Source of the DNA: Macrostomum lignano
Taxonomy: Eukaryota
Length of the DNA stretch: 64,000 nt
Reading direction: 5' to 3'
NCBI GenBank assembly: GCA_002269645.1
Contig: NIVC01003268.1
Span: 1 to 64,000 of the forward strand
Shown in pieces: positions 45,784-59,140 of the stretch (position 1 is its first letter; every line of letters starts with the position of its first letter). Made by a program: the position numbers and the translations under genes. Below the pieces are notes generated by a model. The model worked only from the letters and a program-made list of their open reading frames with translations. It had not been told where the DNA came from and did no database searches.

Positions 45784-48740
45784 TGTATTAGTAGTTATGG
45801 TAAACAAGCCGGCAGCCGATAGACTGCGAGGCGAGAAACGAATGTGCCAAGCGCACTGTCTTAATTGTAAGCGAGCAACAATAGCAGCAACCCGAACTCC
45901 AGAGTTAAAACACACACAACGTACACTGAAGTTACATGCATGCACGGAGGTAAAATGACAAACGCAACTGCATGGAATAAAAGCTCAAATACGAGTACGA
46001 ATAGAAGCTCGTGTGGCTCCCGCCGGCCGCTGGTCAGGGGCGCCGCCATTGGCTCCAGATCAGGAAGTTGCTCGACCATGGCGCTAGGAAGCTGCTCGGG
46101 CAACTCCTCCTCAGGTTCGGCCCCCTCAAGCGACCCAGGCGCACTCGGCCGGCCAGTCCACTGATTCGAGTGCGCAAGCCGCAGGCCGCCCTCCGATTGG
46201 TCCGCAGGGGCTGCCAGCGTTGTGTTCTGGTCGTGCTGCACCACGAACTTGGCCGAAACCGGAGAGGATCCCAGACGCATCCTCAGCCAGATTGGGTCAC
46301 CCACCTGCTCAGTCATGGTTACCGGTTGGCGAAGGCGATGACCGCACATCAGAATGTCCGGAGATGCCGCTCGATTTCCACTGGGCCGGCTGGTCCTGAT
46401 CGTCAGCAGCAGTTTCTGCAGGAAGTGGTCGAACGGCACCATTTTTGTCCACGCCTTGAATCCATCCTTGATGATCCTCACTAGCGTTGCTGCCTGACCG
46501 TTCGAGGCCGGATAGAACGGCGGAGTGTCCAGCTCCTGGCACCCGATGATGCGCAGCCACTGGGTCATTTTTTCCGACTTGAACTCCGGCGCATTGTCCG
46601 ACACCAGCGTCCGAGGCACTCCGTTCCTGGCGAACACCGCTCTCAAAACCCGCAGGACACTGTCCGCAGTTCGGTCTGGCACCTGGATCGCCTCAGGCTA
46701 CCCCGAGTAGGAGTCCGACAGCGGCAGCAGCAGGCCGACACCAGAAATCTCACAATGGTCCATGTGAACCCGGGACCACGGCTCACTCTCGGCTGGCCAG
46801 ATGTCGATTCTCCGCTGCAGGACTGGCCGAGTTTCTGAGCACTGCTGGCAGCGCTACACAAAGCTGCGTACTTCGCGATCGAGACCCGGCCACCAGAACT
46901 CCTTGGAGATGTGCGCCTTGGTGTTGTCGGCGCTCGGATGCACTTCGTCGTGCGCCACCTCCAGGATGCGCCTGCGGAGAACAGGGGCAGCACAATTCTG
47001 GTTCCGTGGATCACCAGACAGCGCCTCCCGGCACGCTTTGTACGGCCTCTCCACCTGCGACACCTTGTCCCACCGGCCAGTTCTGATCCTCTGCTGCAGC
47101 CGCTTCATCAACGCGCACATCCTGGTTCCCTCACGAAGATCCTGCAGAGTCACAAGAGCTCCTTCTGACACGACCTCTTCATGCTCTAGCTGGTGCACGG
47201 CGTCACTTGTAGGGTCTTGGGCAGCAAAACTCAGGTGAGACAGGGCATCTGCATCTACCATCAGTCTTCCCGGCACATACTCCACCTCGTAGTCAAAAGC
47301 AGATAGCCGCGGGGCCCAGCGAGTTAGTCTTGCCGACACTGTTATAGGGAGATGATTTTTGCTGGGATTTAAGATGTACTTCAGTGGCTCGTGGTCAGTC
47401 TGGAGCGTGAACCTCTTTCCCAGAAGCATCTTGGGGGCTCGCTCGACCGCCCAGACAATGGCCAGCGCCTCCCTCTCAATGTTGGAGTAGTTGGCCTTAG
47501 ACTTGGTCAGCGCCCGAGAGAGGTACATGACTGGGTGACCTGACTGCACCAGCACAGCGCCCAGAGACTGCTCGCTAGCATCTACTTGCAGACACACCGG
47601 CGAGTTGACATCAAATGGTTTCACACACGGATTCGAGCTCAGGCTCTGCTTCACATTGGTGAACGCCGCCTCGGCAGCCGCACTCCAGTCAAACACGCGG
47701 TCCGCTCGACAAAGTTCCTGCAGAGGCCGACACTTCTCAGCAAAGTTGGGAACCAATCGACAATAGAACTGCGCCAAATCCAGAAACCGCTCGAGATCCT
47801 TCTTGCTTTTCGGAGCCTCCACATCCTGAATCTTCTGCACCATTCCCGGATCCGGCTTGATCCCCTCTTCATCGATGATGTGGCCCAGGAACTTCAGGCT
47901 ACTGGCCTCCATAATGCACTTCGCTTCGTTGATTTTAATATTGTCCACAGCTTGTCCAGCACCTTCTCCCTGATAGTCTGCAGCTCCGCCTTTGACACCG
48001 CTCCCATGAGCACATCGTCCTGGTACACGATGACACTTGGGTGCTCACCCAGCAGCTTCTCCATCTCGCGCTGGAACACAGACGGAGAAACCTTAATGCC
48101 GTACGACAGCCTGTTGAAGCGGTAACAGTCGAAAGGGGTTTTGATCGTAGTGATGTCCTTCGACTGTTCTCCAGTGGCACCTGGTAGTAGGCGTCGGACA
48201 GAAGAACTTCTTGTTTGCCATCTTTGAGAAGGCTGTCTCGATGGACGGAGTCAAGTACGTCTGGTCCTGCACCCACTGATTGACGGCAGTGTAACCTCCG
48301 CAGATCCTCACGGACATCTTGTCGGACTTAACCGTCACCACTATGGGGCTGCCCCACTCTAAGGACGTCAGGTTCTCAACTATGCATGCCTTCTCCATCA
48401 GGTCCATCTCCTTCTTCACCAGTGGACGCAGCGCCAGCGGCAGCTCTCTGGCTGTTTGGAAAATCGGCCGGCTCCTGCCTTCAACAGAGTCTCACCAACT
48501 GCTCCATTGATGCCCAGCAAGCTCTCGTATATGTTGTTGCTGAGTGGCTTGGCCTCATCCGAATGGTGAGCAGGCAGCGAGCAAAGCAGATCTCAGCTGA
48601 GTAACCCAAGTTCTGCTGGCCTTCGATGACGGGCAGCTCCGCCGCAACGAAGCGGCCATCAGGGCCGCCAGTCTTCACCAGGCACTCCAGCATGCCGAGC
48701 TGCTTCATCGCATGCCCGTCGTACGCAAGCGTCAGGGACT
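45784..48740 (-). mobile_element. Ty3/gypsy relic B: protease C-terminus, RT, RNase H, integrase, possible short 3' LTR
   Basis: EWGSPIV, DAYYQ, RLPYG, VYQDDVL, FLGHII, LQVDAS, YSNIEREALA, TDHEPL, RLTRWA, FWWPGL, LVSDNAPEF, YPASNGQA; TGTAAC...AATACA at 45936-45784; frameshifted, gag absent. Confidence 0.93.
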
Positions 48741-49005
48741 TTAGTTAAGCTTAGTTTAGTTTAGTTTAGTTTAGTTTAGCTTAGTTTAGCTTAGCTTAGT
48801 TTAGTTTAGTTTAGTTTAGTTTAGTTTAGTTTAGTTTAGTTTAGTTTAGTTTAGTTTAGTTTAGTTTAGTTTAGTTTAGTTTAGTTTAGTTTAGTTTAGT
48901 TTAGTTTAGTTTAGTTTAGTTTAGTTTAGTTTGTTTAGTTTAGTTTAGTTTAGTTTAGTTTAGTTTAGTTTAGTTTAGTTTAGTTTAGTTTAGTTTAGTT
49001 TAGTT
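48741..49005. repeat. (TTTAG)n microsatellite
   Basis: Direct inspection. Confidence 0.98.
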
Positions 49006-50417
49006 CAGTTTCGAAAATGAATAATAGGAGGATTGAGGAAGTGGCGACTAAAAGTAGTATGTTTAGAAAGTTGAGAGATAATATTAACTTGGAAATACTT
49101 CCGCTGCGATATGATAATAGAAGCTGAGAAATTTTTTTCACTCAAAATGATTGATTGGTGGATTTCCAGTAAGATTTGCCAAACCATTTTTTGCCCATCG
49201 AACGATCAGTACTAAGAGGGAAGTCACTCCTACCCACTCCAGAAAACTTACTTGGCTGCGCCATTCCGGAGCAACGCAGAAACAGGAACTTCAACAGCAT
49301 GAACAAAAAATTTGTTGCACACATTCTCAAACAAGAATCAAGTCGTCAGCTCTCTTGAAGGTCGAGTTATTCAACGATTCTGCCCGTAGGTGGAAATTTC
49401 GCGTAAGCGCTAATAAACTTACACCTTTCCACCTACGCCTTTCCACCAATCAGCTCTTTAGTAACAGTGAGTTCAATGATGTTGTGCAATTATTGCAATA
49501 CTTTAATACAAAAATATAAGCCTATGCTTGTTTTAGGCCTTCATTTTTACGGAAGGAAATTTAAAGTGGTTTATAAATGAAAATTATGTAATGAAAAATC
49601 TCTATCGGGTGTCCAGACGATCGCAGTTGCCTTGTTGCCATACCTTCAAGAGGCCGACGGCGTCACCCTGATGATGGATTGATTGAGAGTCTGGCTAAGC
49701 AGGTCCAGTCGTTGAGGTTATCTCATCATTGATACTCCCACTCAGAGCGCACAGAGGTGTATAAAAAGGCCCATAAGAAAAATCCAAAAAATTATCCGGC
49801 AGAGAGTGAATCTCACCTTAGAATTTCCACATCTAAAGCTACCAGGCTATCGCAAGAAACCAGTATTGTGTAGACTTTTTTTCAAAAAAAACATACACAA
49901 CATCGCACTACGTATGCTGCTGATTGAACCAATCTAAAAGCACCAACTTGGACACAGTTCGCATTGCAGACTGCAACAACAAAGCACCAGAACTTCCGAA
50001 AGGTCATCAGCACAAACAGAAAATAACGCAGCAAGGCAGGTAAAATTGATGCGCTGCATGGCGCAAAGGTTTCGAGTGACGCATGCAGTACCTCGGGATT
50101 CCAGACACTGTCTGGCAGAGAAAAAAGTGCATTTAGTCACGGGATTCTGGCCAACCGAATCCCCAGCTGAGGCAGACAGCCTGATGCAAATGGCAAACCG
50201 CGTGACGCATCTGGAATGCGAAGTGCAGCCTGCAGTCACGTGAAATTTATGCCATGGGCAGGGAATACTTCTTCTCGTAATGCGGCCATTTTATGCAGGA
50301 TGCAGCTTACCGACAGATTCCTTCCTCAGATTACCGACGCAACAACGAAAGGGGAACTTGACTCGATGCAGCTCTTTCAGTTGCGAGTTTCTGCAGCGTT
50401 GGCTCTGCTGTTCTGCT

Positions 50418-51698
50418 TCTTCTTCTTCTTCTTCTTCGGGCGTGCTCGGGCCAGGGCCCATGGCACCGGGCGTCAGATGGCGCCCGCCTTCCCGAGGAAG
50501 TTCAACACCGCGACGCAGTTCTCGAAAACTGCCGCGGGCTCCGGGCTTGGCCCCCAGAGGCGGCAGCGGTGAGATGTCAGGGCGGGGCAGGAGATCAGCA
50601 GATGGGCCGCCGTCTCCTCTCCATCGCCACAGAAGCGGCAGGTGGGGGCCACGTCATCGCCGATGGCGGCCTGGAAGCCCCGCAGAGCCGGGCAGCGGTC
50701 GGCGCGCAGCTGGCAGATCAGCCGCTCCTGCCGCCGCGTGGGGTCGCTCGTCGGCGGAGGCGGCAGGCGGCCCGCCGTGCAGGCAAGGTGCCAGGCAAGC
50801 GAGCTCGTGCTCACCGCCTCGGTGGCCGCCGCGTTGTAGATCTGGTGCCAGCGGGCGAGGCAGTGGCGGCGGACGGCAGCCTGCGCGGCAGCTAGCGGGA
50901 CGGGCGCGGTGCCTTGCGCCAGCGTGGTGCCTTGCTTGGCGATCGCGTCCACGGCCTCGTTGCCTGGGATTCCCGCGTGGCCAGGCACCCAGTGCAGGTG
51001 GACCGAGGTTCCCCGGGCCGCGAGGTCGGCGAGGCTGGCCCAGACGGCGTCGATCATGGTGGCACCCGTCGACCCGGGGGCGCTCAGGGAGTCGGAGCAG
51101 ATGCGGACCGGCGACAGCTCTGCCGGGTCCGGGGCCGCGAGCACCCACCGAAGGGCCTCAGCGATGGCCACTAACTCGGCGTGGAAGCTGGACGTCACAT
51201 GGCCAGCAGCGACGCACAGCGTCGTGTTGGGCTCGACCAGGACGCCACTGCCGCCGTCCAGGATGCCGTCCTTCGCCGCTCCGTCGGTCCAGATCACGGT
51301 GCTGGCGGGCGGCAGGGCGGCAAGCGTCTGCTGCGCCGCGGCTCTCCGGGCCTCCGGCAGGTCCCCCCGCGAGGTCGGGGAGGCCAACTGCAGCCCGAGG
51401 GTGACGGAGTCCAGAACAGCCCAGGGAGGTGTCGTCGGGACAGCGTGGACGGGCTCTCGCGGGAAGCCGCTCAGGCCCGCAGCTCTGCATACACTGGCCG
51501 CCGTCTCGCGCCAGCCGCGGGCGCTTTGGAGGCGGCGGCGCGGGCCGACGCTGGCCGCGCCGGCGCGCAGCGGGTTGTCATGCGGCAGCCTGAGGGCGCG
51601 CTCATGGAGGAGGCCAGCGTGCATCTCCTCGCGGACTGCCATCGGCGGCAATCCGGCCTCGCGCTCCAGCACCTCCGACCTGGTGTTCCAGGTGGTCG
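50418..51698 (-). mobile_element. 5'-truncated GC-rich LINE (I/Nimb/Ingi-like) with RNase H and C-terminal zinc motif
   Basis: 13-bp TSD CTGCTGTTCTGCT at 50405-50417 and 51699-51711; (GAA)7 tail; IWTDGA, HAELVAI, ICSDSLS, HWVPGHAGIPGNEAVDAIA, CRFCGDGEETAAHLLISC. Confidence 0.93.
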
Positions 51699-52954
51699 CT
51701 GCTGTTCTGCTCGCTGGCAGCCGGCCAGGTCTCCCAGTGCGCTCCCGCTGACTCTCCGCGGCCCCGCTTCGTGGCGCAGCTCAGCGTGAACGGCTGCGCG
51801 CTGTTCGTACACGACACGGGAGCGAGCGACGGTCCGCACTCGGCAGTCGAGCCGCTCATGTGCGTGACGGACAGCCTGAGAGGCATTGTTCCCCGATTCG
51901 ACTTCATCACCCAGCAGCTGTACTCCAGCGTTCCTGTATTGATGAGGGATGCTGGGATGCTCGCAGAGGCTCAGCGTCAACTGCGGCATCTGTCACCGAG
52001 GTCTGTGAGCTTCGCCACGGTGACCAACATCAGCGTCTCAGCCGACACCCGCTCATCGGTTCGGGTTTTGAGCTTCCTGTGGACTCCGGATGAGCCAGTA
52101 GCCACTATGAGATTCGGATTTGGAGAGAAGATCCGATATGAAGTTCTACATCTCCGAGAAAACATCATTCTAAGACTTCTGAATATCGATCCAATGAGAA
52201 CCTTACTAATTCAAAGTACCCAGACGCGGATCGTCGAGAAAAATAATGAAAGTTCAATAATCGAGACTCTAAAAAATGTAAAACTCTCAGCTACTCTTCT
52301 GTTGAGTTTCTGTTTCCATGAGGGTCAGAGCCGCATCATGCTGCAAAACGACAGCTTCATTGAAGTCGGCTTGTGCAGGAAAAAATTCTTACCCGTGTGC
52401 CGACAGCTGCGGTTCAGTCGGTACGTCAAACTTGAGAACTGCTCTGTCCGAGTGCACGAGACGCTCGACACGATGGGCCACTTCCTCATCGAGCCTCTGC
52501 TGTGCCACAACATCTCCAGCTTGAGCAGCGAGTCAGTCAGGTATGACTACAGCCGAGACATGCACTACCTTAAGCTGGATCTGGTGCTGCAAGATGAGGC
52601 CACACGCGATGCTGTGAGGACTCAGTTGGCCGACTTGTCGCCTCGCTCGGTCGACTTCATGCGGCTGTGGACTGCTGAGAGATCGGTGAGCTCTTCGTTG
52701 AGTGCTCGGTTCGAGGTCGGTCCGCTGATGGCGGCGGCAGACTGGAGGTCCGCTCAGCTGCGGCTGCTCTTCTCTCCTATCTCTCCTCCTTTCTCTCTAT
52801 TCTTCCATCTCTAATCTGTTCACTCTCGTCTCTGCTCTGCACTCTTTTCTTTCCCCACTTTTGACTGCTAATTTTCCTTTCTTCTCTTTTATTCTCTTCC
52901 CTCTTCTATACTCTCTCTCTAAAAAGCAGCCTAACTTTAAAAGCGCACATCGCT

Positions 52955-53295
52955 GTTCAGGATTAACCTTTGAACTTGAAATTTCACACGATTGTGTTAC
53001 AGATTATTGTCTGTGTCAAACTTAAAGAGGATTAATAAAAGTAGAGCGGCGCTAAGGAGGATTTAGTGAAAAATCCTGCTTTTCTAGCAGTTTTTTGCTT
53101 TTTTGAGTAGAAAGACTTAGACTTAGGAAATTTTAAGGTAAGCCTAAGACATTCTCCGTAGTGAGTTCAGGGTGGGTGCAAAAATTGGTTTGATTTGCTT
53201 GAGCGGTTTGGGAGTCCATAGCGATCAAAATTGTACACAGACAGACACACAGACAGACACAGACAGAGTTTTGATTTTTATAGGTGTAGATAGAA
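52955..53295 (+). mobile_element. Possible non-autonomous Helitron/Helentron-like fragment
   Basis: (CAGA)n-rich tract followed by TTTTATAGGTGTAGAT; absent from the paralogous introns; pattern recognition only. Confidence 0.25.
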
Positions 53296-56200
53296 GATTT
53301 TGCGGCTGCTAGGTGTCAAGCTGTACATTTTCAAATGTTTCGGCAGGTAAGCGAACAGATATTAAGACCTGCTAACTTAGGAATCAGAATTCAGAACTGA
53401 TACAGTTGCATAGTGGCTCCAAGGCGCTGTTTATAGATACCAAATTTGAGTCTCCAGTTGAGTTATTGGTACAGCGGTACTCAAATATTGCCTAAGAATA
53501 GCCTTTTGAAATTCAGAAGCAATCTTCTCAAAAATACGCATTTCTAGCTGTCGTATCGAAAGATTTATGGAGTTCACTCGCTGTTTTATTTTTATCGATT
53601 GACTGACAATACTTCATTGAAACGTGTGCGTTCTTTTAAGTTTAAGCTGCCGGACGGTCAGCTGAGCTGACCATGGACCAACAGCCTTTTCTGGTGGTAA
53701 TTTTTTGTAGTCAATGGTAAAAGAAAAATGATGTAGACGTTCCTGCCGAGCATGGTCAGCAGCACTGAACATTTACGAAAAATGGGTGAAAAACTTATCT
53801 GCAATGGAATGCAGCGACTCGGTTTCAGCATTCTCAGTGATGACATCATCAGTCTCAGAATCGGATGTATGCAAGATTTCTATGGTTGTAGCTGATTCAC
53901 TTATCAATAAAATGATGCACTACTCGTATTAAACCCCGAAAATGCGGTGGCCTGCTCTGCAGGCCATAGCTAATGGTCTATGGCTTGCGAATCATTTGAA
54001 TGCTGTTTCGAAAATAAGTCTGCATAACCGTAGCTTGCGGCTTTGGCCTGCTCAGCAGGACATGCCTATTTTTTATACAGAAAACATTTGTGAATCACAG
54101 TCAACGAGTCTTTCTATCGAGCATTAAGATTCCAGCAATAGTCTATAACTAGCCCAGCTGACCATTTCGGCAGGAACGGAGCTTTTGTATTTCTAGCTCC
54201 GGCGCAAATAGGTTTTAAACACTGCCTTTGTCTTTGACGCATTTTAGCTAAAACCGTTTGTAAATCGATCATGCCATTTAAAAATGGCAACGTTTAAAAG
54301 TAGACAAAGTTGACTTGTAATGTGTCAATCTGTTGCACATCTTATCAAGGACAATTTCTTTTCAGAAAGACATGGCATTTCTGGCTCAATCGTCAAACAA
54401 ATAGTATTTTGCGTACATATGAAGTGAGATTTTGAATTCATTCGAAAGACGTATTTTAAATGCGTGCTCATTTGTATTTTTGTTCTTGTCATTCCTTCGT
54501 AGCCCTGTGCCGTTTAAACAAGTAATTGACGACTTCCAGGACTGCTGTGCTGGCGGAGCCCGCTGACCTGTGGCGACACGTGCAGTGGCGGGTGACATCG
54601 CTGGTTGCTGGGCAGTGCCTCTCCAAGTCCAGCCAAATCACTTCATCATGGAGAATGACACCGCCTGTAAGCGACAGCTGCTACAGTCTGAAGTCCTGCG
54701 CCAGGCTGCAATGCGCCTCTGCTCAACGCACAGCGAACTCTTCCAGTGCGGTTCAACTGCAGCCAGACGGTCGCTGCTTCGTGAAGTTTCAGCAGCGACT
54801 TACTGGCAGAGTGAGTTTTCAGCGAAACTGGACTGAGTACGAGACTGGGTTCGGTGACGGCACTGACTTCTGGATCGGTGAGTGGCTTGTCAATTGATGT
54901 GCGTCAGGAACTGAAGCAGGTCTTATCAACTGCCATAGGAGTGTCATTTAGGCCGTACAATCAATAACGTTCGTTGGTTGGTGGCTGTGGAAATTTTACG
55001 CTCGTAGTTCTTCGGACCGCCCTGCAGCTAAGTGGAAATTTTAGCAAAACTTTTTTTCCTACATCTTTTCCAGCTTTTCGAAACTTGTATGTCTTTATCT
55101 TAAAAATCTGTATTTATATCCTAAGTAAGTAAGTATTCCTCTGTAGGCTCTGCGCTGAATTGGATGTCATGTTACAAACAAGTAATTATTCGTACGACGC
55201 TCGAATCCAACAAACAACAGCAACAACAAAGTACGCTGCCCAGCATGCAAGTCACAGTTAGAGCAGGGCGTGTCAGATGGCGCGTCCCAGATCTTGAGAG
55301 CAGACAAAGTTCGCCCCGTTGGCAGTGTCGAGCTCCCTGGCGTGGCATAGCATGCATTAAATTATTAAGCTGAATAAATGAAAATGTAAAATATAATCAA
55401 ATGCCTTAAAAATTTTAATTAACTGTTAAATAAACCATTCAATTAATTATCTAGAGGCACATTGATATAAAAGATCCAGCAAAGTTGCAAGTAAAAATGA
55501 TTCAAGTTTTTGTGCGACTCAACTTTAAATTTCTAACCCCACTGTCCCAATGCAAATTCTAGCCAAGCTTAAAATCAAAATATGAGGAGATAGGGCAGTC
55601 TGAGTGGAGAAGAGCAGATAAAAGGCCGTACAGCTGAAACATTGCCAGCTTCCAAGTGAGCTGCATCAATAGAATTCATTGGCGCCTCAATCCAGACTGC
55701 CTGGGCAAGTCAGGCCTAAAATTATGGAAAATATATTTTCATCAATTTTGAGTCACGACTCACCTGACAGCAGCGGCGACAAGCCGAGCAGAAGTGACTC
55801 AGACTCAGCCACTCTCCTCCCGCAGGCCTCTCCGCCATCCACTCGCTCAGCCAGGGCGGCGCCACCCTCAGAGTGGAGATGAAGCAGTGGAACGGCTCTG
55901 AGCTGCATGCGGAGTACGCGGGATTCCAGGTGGGAGACGCCAGCACTGGGTATCGGATGACGTACCGAGAGATGCTGAGGGACAGGTCCAGTGTCAGCTG
56001 GGATGCTTTGCAGCTCAGCAAAGGCATGCGGTTCTCCACGATGGACAGGGACAATGACGTATGGGATGCTCAGTCATGCTCAAACACACTCGGAAATGCA
56101 GGCTGGTGGTTTCATTACTGCCGCCACTTCAACCCTAATGGATTTTATCCTTCGCAAGAAAGGATAGATATAATTGGCAATATGGTGTGGTACATTTCTT

Positions 56201-57002
56201 ATAGTAAGAAACTGTCTCTTCGTGAAGTGCGGCTGATGCTACAGATTTGAGCATAAGAATTGAGCGACTTGTCGATGTACCCTGTTTATTCAAGTAATTT
56301 TTTATCGGACTTATGCTAAAAATTCTAAAATATTTTGTAGGAGAATAACAAGCATGTTCCTGCAAAATATTAACCGCAAAATACCGATTTTTAAAGTCTC
56401 TTTGATGCAAGAGTTTTACTGAATGAAAACACTCGACAGCTTAAAAACTAAAAACAATATTTTTGCTTGTTTAAACTTAATAAACTCATTTTTATATACT
56501 TAGACTTTTTTCAACAATATGCTAAAAGACAAACCATCCTAACGCAACGCATCTGTGCAACTCAAATACAGAGTTGTTGTTCGCCACTTTTCCTTCACAT
56601 TTTTTGCATTCGAATTTCCTACAAATTGCAAGCTGAAAGCCTCAAGTTTGTTGCTACGAGCGTATGAAGCTTTTCTGAAGTCTTGCTTTTCTGATACTGA
56701 CTGATAATCCCCTATAGATGCCTGTGATTTGAGCGCATTTTAAATGGATTTATACACAAGCACATGTGATGAACGGGAGGGAGGAGACTTCAGGTTAGTT
56801 GCCTCACCTGGGTTCGTGTACTGAACCTTTAGCGCTACGGTCCTCCAACCTACTAGCGTACGAAGCAAAAGTCGGTTGAGATCTCGGAACGGCCCAGGCT
56901 CGGCTCGGTCGTCGGCACGGCTCGGTCGTCGGCTCGGCTTCAAGACGAAGATCGCCACTACATTTATACGCGCAGTCTCAAAGCGTTGACCGGGGAGGGG
57001 CG

Positions 57003-57537
57003 TTGCTGTCTGTTCTATTAGTATTGTGCAGTCTGTTCTATCAGTATTGTGCTGTCTGTTCTATCAGTATTGTGCTGTCTGTTCTATCAGTATTATGCTG
57101 TCTGTTCTATCAGTATTGTGCTGTCTGTTCTATCAGTATTGTGCTGTCTGTTCTATCAGTATTGTGCTGTCTGTTCTATCAGTATTGTGCTGTCTGTTCT
57201 ATCAGTATTGTGCTGTCTGTTCTATCAGTATTGTGCTGTCTGTTCTATCAGTATTGTGCTGTCTGTTCTATCAGTATTGTGCTGTCTGTTCTATCAGTAT
57301 TGTGCTGTCTGTTCTATCAGTATTGTGCTGTCTGTTCTATTAGTATTGTGCTGTCTGTTCTATCAGTATTGTGCTGTCTGTTCTATCAGTATTGTGCTGT
57401 CTGTTCTATCAGTATTGTGCTGTCTGTTCTATCAGTATCGTGCTGTCTGTTCTATCAGTATTGTGCTTTCTGTTCTATTAGTATTGTGCTGTTTGTTCTA
57501 TCAGTATTGTGCTGTCTGTTCTATCAGTATTGTGCTG
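57003..57537. repeat. Second array of the same 23-bp satellite, about 23 units
   Basis: Same unit and orientation as 34343-45783. Confidence 0.97.
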
Positions 57538-57839
57538 TTTTTCAGGTTTTTTCAGAGTTATGACATAATTTATGCAAGCAGACGCGCTCCACGGAACTTC
57601 ACTTACCTGTGGGTCATTTCGGAGCCGCACTGAGTTCTCTGAGTCGCAACGCAAGACGCATCGGTCGAGCAAAGTCTTCAGTTTAGAGTTCGCCTGCCAA
57701 GGCCTCATCAGGGCTGCTGAAAACACCGCTTTCAAGACAGGAAGCCCAGCTCGCATTGCTGAGATTAACCCGAGTCCAGCACGCGCTGGTATTGCAAATC
57801 TGACGACTGCTGGCTGGCATCCAACCGCAGAATCACAGG

Positions 57840-59109
57840 CGAGTTGACGTTTAACAGTTTCACACTTTCACACGCTGCTTCACGTTGGTGAATGATGCCT
57901 TGACAGCCACTCTGTAGTCAAACACGCGCTCCACTTTACGAAGTTCCTGCAGAGGCCGCCAATTTTCAGCAAAGTTGGGAAGAAGTCGCCTTCAGAGGTG
58001 CAAAATCCCCACACCGGTCGAGATCCTTCCTGCTTCTCATAGCTTCTGCATCCTGAATCATCTGCACCAATCCCGGATCCGGCCTTATCCTCTCCTCATC
58101 GATGATGTGGCCCAGGAACTTCAAACTGCTGGCCTTCATAATGCACTTCGCTTTGTTGATTTTCACATTAGCCTCTCTCAGATTGTCCAGCATTTTCTCT
58201 CCGATATTCTAAAGCTCCGCCTTCGACACCGCTCCCACGAGCACATCGTCCTAATGTACGATGACGCTTAGGTTGCTCACCCAGCAGCTTCTTCATCTCG
58301 CGCTAAAACACTGACGAAGACACTTTGATGCCGTACGGCAGCCTGTTAACACGGTAGCAGCCGAAAGGTGTGTTGATGGTGGTGATATTCTTTGACTCAT
58401 TTTTCAGCGGAACCTGGTAGTAAGCGTTAGACAAGTTCACTCGGCATAACAACATCATCTTGTTTGCCGTGTTTGAGAATGCTGTCTCGATTGACGGAAT
58501 CAGATACGTCTGATCCTGCACCCACTTATTGACGACAGTTTAGTCTCTGCAGATCCTCACTGACATCTTGTCGGACTTCATCGTCACTACTATTGGACTG
58601 TCCCACTTTTTAACCGGATCTCGCCAACTGCTCCCTTGATGACCAACAAGCTCTCGTAACTGTTGCTTCTGGACAGCTTGGCTTCATTTGAATGGTGAGC
58701 AGGCAGCGAGCTGAGCAGATCTCAGCTGAGTAACCCAAGTTCTGCTAGTCTTCAATGACGGGCAGCTCCGCCGCAACGAAGCGGCCATCAGGGCCGCCAG
58801 TCTTCACCAGGCACTCCAGCATGCCGAGCTGCTTCATAGCATGCCCGTCGCACGCCAGCATTTAGTTTAGTTTAGTTTTGTTTAGTTTTGTTTTGTTTTG
58901 TTTACTGTTTTAAGTTTTGTTTTGCTTTGTTTTGTTTTGTTTTGTTTTGTTTTGTTTTGTTTTGTTTTGTTTTGTTTTGTTTTGTTTTGTTTTGTTTTGT
59001 TTTGTTTTGTTTTGTTTTGTTTTGTTTTGTTTTGTTTTGTTTTGTTTTGTTTTGTTTTGTTTTGTTTTGTTTTGTTTTGTTTTGTTTTGTTTTGTTTTGT
59101 TTTGTTTTG

Positions 59110-59140
<31 letters not shown>

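Larger units (their letters stand above)
50366..56250 (+). pseudogene. Fibrinogen-related gene copy 2, disrupted: exon 1 50366-52770 (interrupted), exon 2 54540-54877, exon 3 55826-56250
   Basis: Paralogous to copy 1; LINE fragment inserted in the signal-peptide codons, TATA box lost, exon-1 3' end and donor replaced at 52771; exons 2-3 still open with intact splice sites. Confidence 0.85.

Noticed and set aside
34359-45822. Very long Cys/Val/Leu-rich ORFs (up to 1257 aa), also at 57003-57633
   Set aside because: Read-through of a stop-poor 23-bp satellite in all three frames; identical 23-aa periodicity, no unique coding content.
50280-51989. Multiple long overlapping ORFs on both strands (also 20100-22400 and 46000-48500)
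   Set aside because: Shadow ORFs of GC-rich retroelement coding sequence; only frames with RT, RNase H or integrase motifs are supported.
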